Shown piece by piece: positions 62,840 to 64,000 of a stretch of DNA of 64,000 bases. Position numbers and translations under genes: made by a program. Location: assembly GCF_000315625.1 (NCBI RefSeq), contig NW_005434673.1, forward strand, positions 272,270 to 336,269. The letters run 5' to 3'. The notes below the pieces were generated by a model that made no database searches, was not told the DNA's origin, and saw nothing but the letters and a program-made list of their open reading frames with translations. This DNA is from Guillardia theta CCMP2712. Taxonomy: Eukaryota; Protista; Cryptophyta. Every line of letters begins with the position of its first letter. Position 1 is the first letter of the stretch.

Positions 62840-64000
62840 ATGTGGATGCTTCGCTTGCTCCCTGGAATGGGACCGGAAACGAAGAAACCGGATGAGTACA
62901 ACACGACAAAGAGAGAAAAGATCATTCTTCGTCCTTCAGCAGCCCTGCCTCCTGCCAACGTGAACGCGAAACAGATAGCCAACAAGTTTACCAGTCAGAT
63001 CAGAGAAATGCACAAGATGTGTGGGGGAAGGTTGGACCTCATTCATATGATGTTTTGTCAGATTGCGGAACACAATGGAAAGCCCCCCATTCCTCCTCAA
63101 AGCATGCTCCTCCTCCTCGAACTGACCCCTGAAGACTGCAAGGAACATCCGGTGATTGTCAGTGACGTGGCGCTGGAGAAGGCGTTTGCAAAGATGATTA
63201 AGCCGGAAGACAATGCCGACGTGTTCTACACTAAAGTGATTTCTGTTGTGGAGCAGCAAGTGGCGAGATCAAAGCATGCGACAGTTGAGATCGAGAAACT
63301 CAGACCTGCCTTCAAGGAGCTGCATGAGGCCTGCGGAGGATCCTCAAAGGCTCTCTTCGCGTTCTTCATGGAGCTGCTGCCTGAGGAGCAACGTGGCCAA
63401 TATTCGCTCCCCATGTGGGTCAGCATGGTGATGAAACTTCCCCCTCAGACAACCCACATCGAGCTCGATCACTTCACGGATTGCTTTGCTCAAGCTATGG
63501 ACAGCACTGATACTGCAGAATCCATCCTCCCCAAGGTCCGCAAGCATATCGAGCTCAATCAGGACCCCAAAGCTGCAGCTGCCAAGGCTGCCGAAATTGA
63601 CCGACAGGCCAAGGAGATTGCAGAGAGAGAAAAGTGAGTAGCTCATGTTGGATCCTTCTACTCATTTCGTTGCTTCCAGGGCCGCACAAGCTCATGCCCA
63701 GAGTGGACCCAGTGCAGAGGCTGTTGAGCTCGTGAACAAATTTGCGACCAACATCAAGGAATTGCATTCCGCCACTGGTGATAGCGACGATTTTCTATTG
63801 AGCACCGAGTGATGAACGAGCTTGTCACACAGAGGGACGAGTCAGCTTGATTCATGCTGCGTTTTGCTCTGTGGCTGAGTCCAACGGAAAGCCTAGAATT
63901 CCTCCTCAAGCGATGGGAAGTTTGTTGGAGCTCACAAAGGAGGTGCTCAAACGAACACAGCAAGTCTCTTTCTGAATACTGTGTTCAGGACACCATGAAA
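62840..64000 (+). CDS. Hypothetical protein with tandem helical repeats of about 90-100 aa (continues off the right edge)
   Basis: Repeat starts KFTSQIREMHKMCGG, PAFKELHEACGG and KFATNIKELHSATG. FCQIAEHNGKPPIPPQSMLLLLELT recurs as FCSVAESNGKPRIPPQAMGSLLELT near 63860-63940. Confidence 0.65.

Overview
Gene-dense eukaryotic nuclear DNA with short introns (about 45-70 nt where I traced them) and bipartite plastid-targeting presequences. Together with an RWP-RK gene, this points to an alga with a complex red plastid, most likely a cryptophyte (inference). Recognisable genes: an RWP-RK transcription factor; three co-oriented plastid-targeted genes (ClpB, presequence protease PreP, PsbP-like); a PDZ protein; a ubiquitin-like protein; an F-box/JmjC protein; a 2OG-Fe(II) oxygenase; and TRM1 fused to a beta-helix. 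The best find is a thiamine-salvage polyprotein (ThiM, TenA-like, ThiD, ThiE; 34980-38297, minus strand) with a TPP riboswitch aptamer at 38084-38167. The aptamer sits between two alternative 3' splice sites and carries an in-frame stop, which suggests splicing control by TPP. Next to it is a gene of about 19 kb for a giant polycystin/adhesin-like membrane protein. Intergenic DNA shows a repeated, oriented motif of about 35 nt, CCGG-rich islands and a perfect 41-nt palindrome. All domain calls come from motifs read by eye; no database searches were run.
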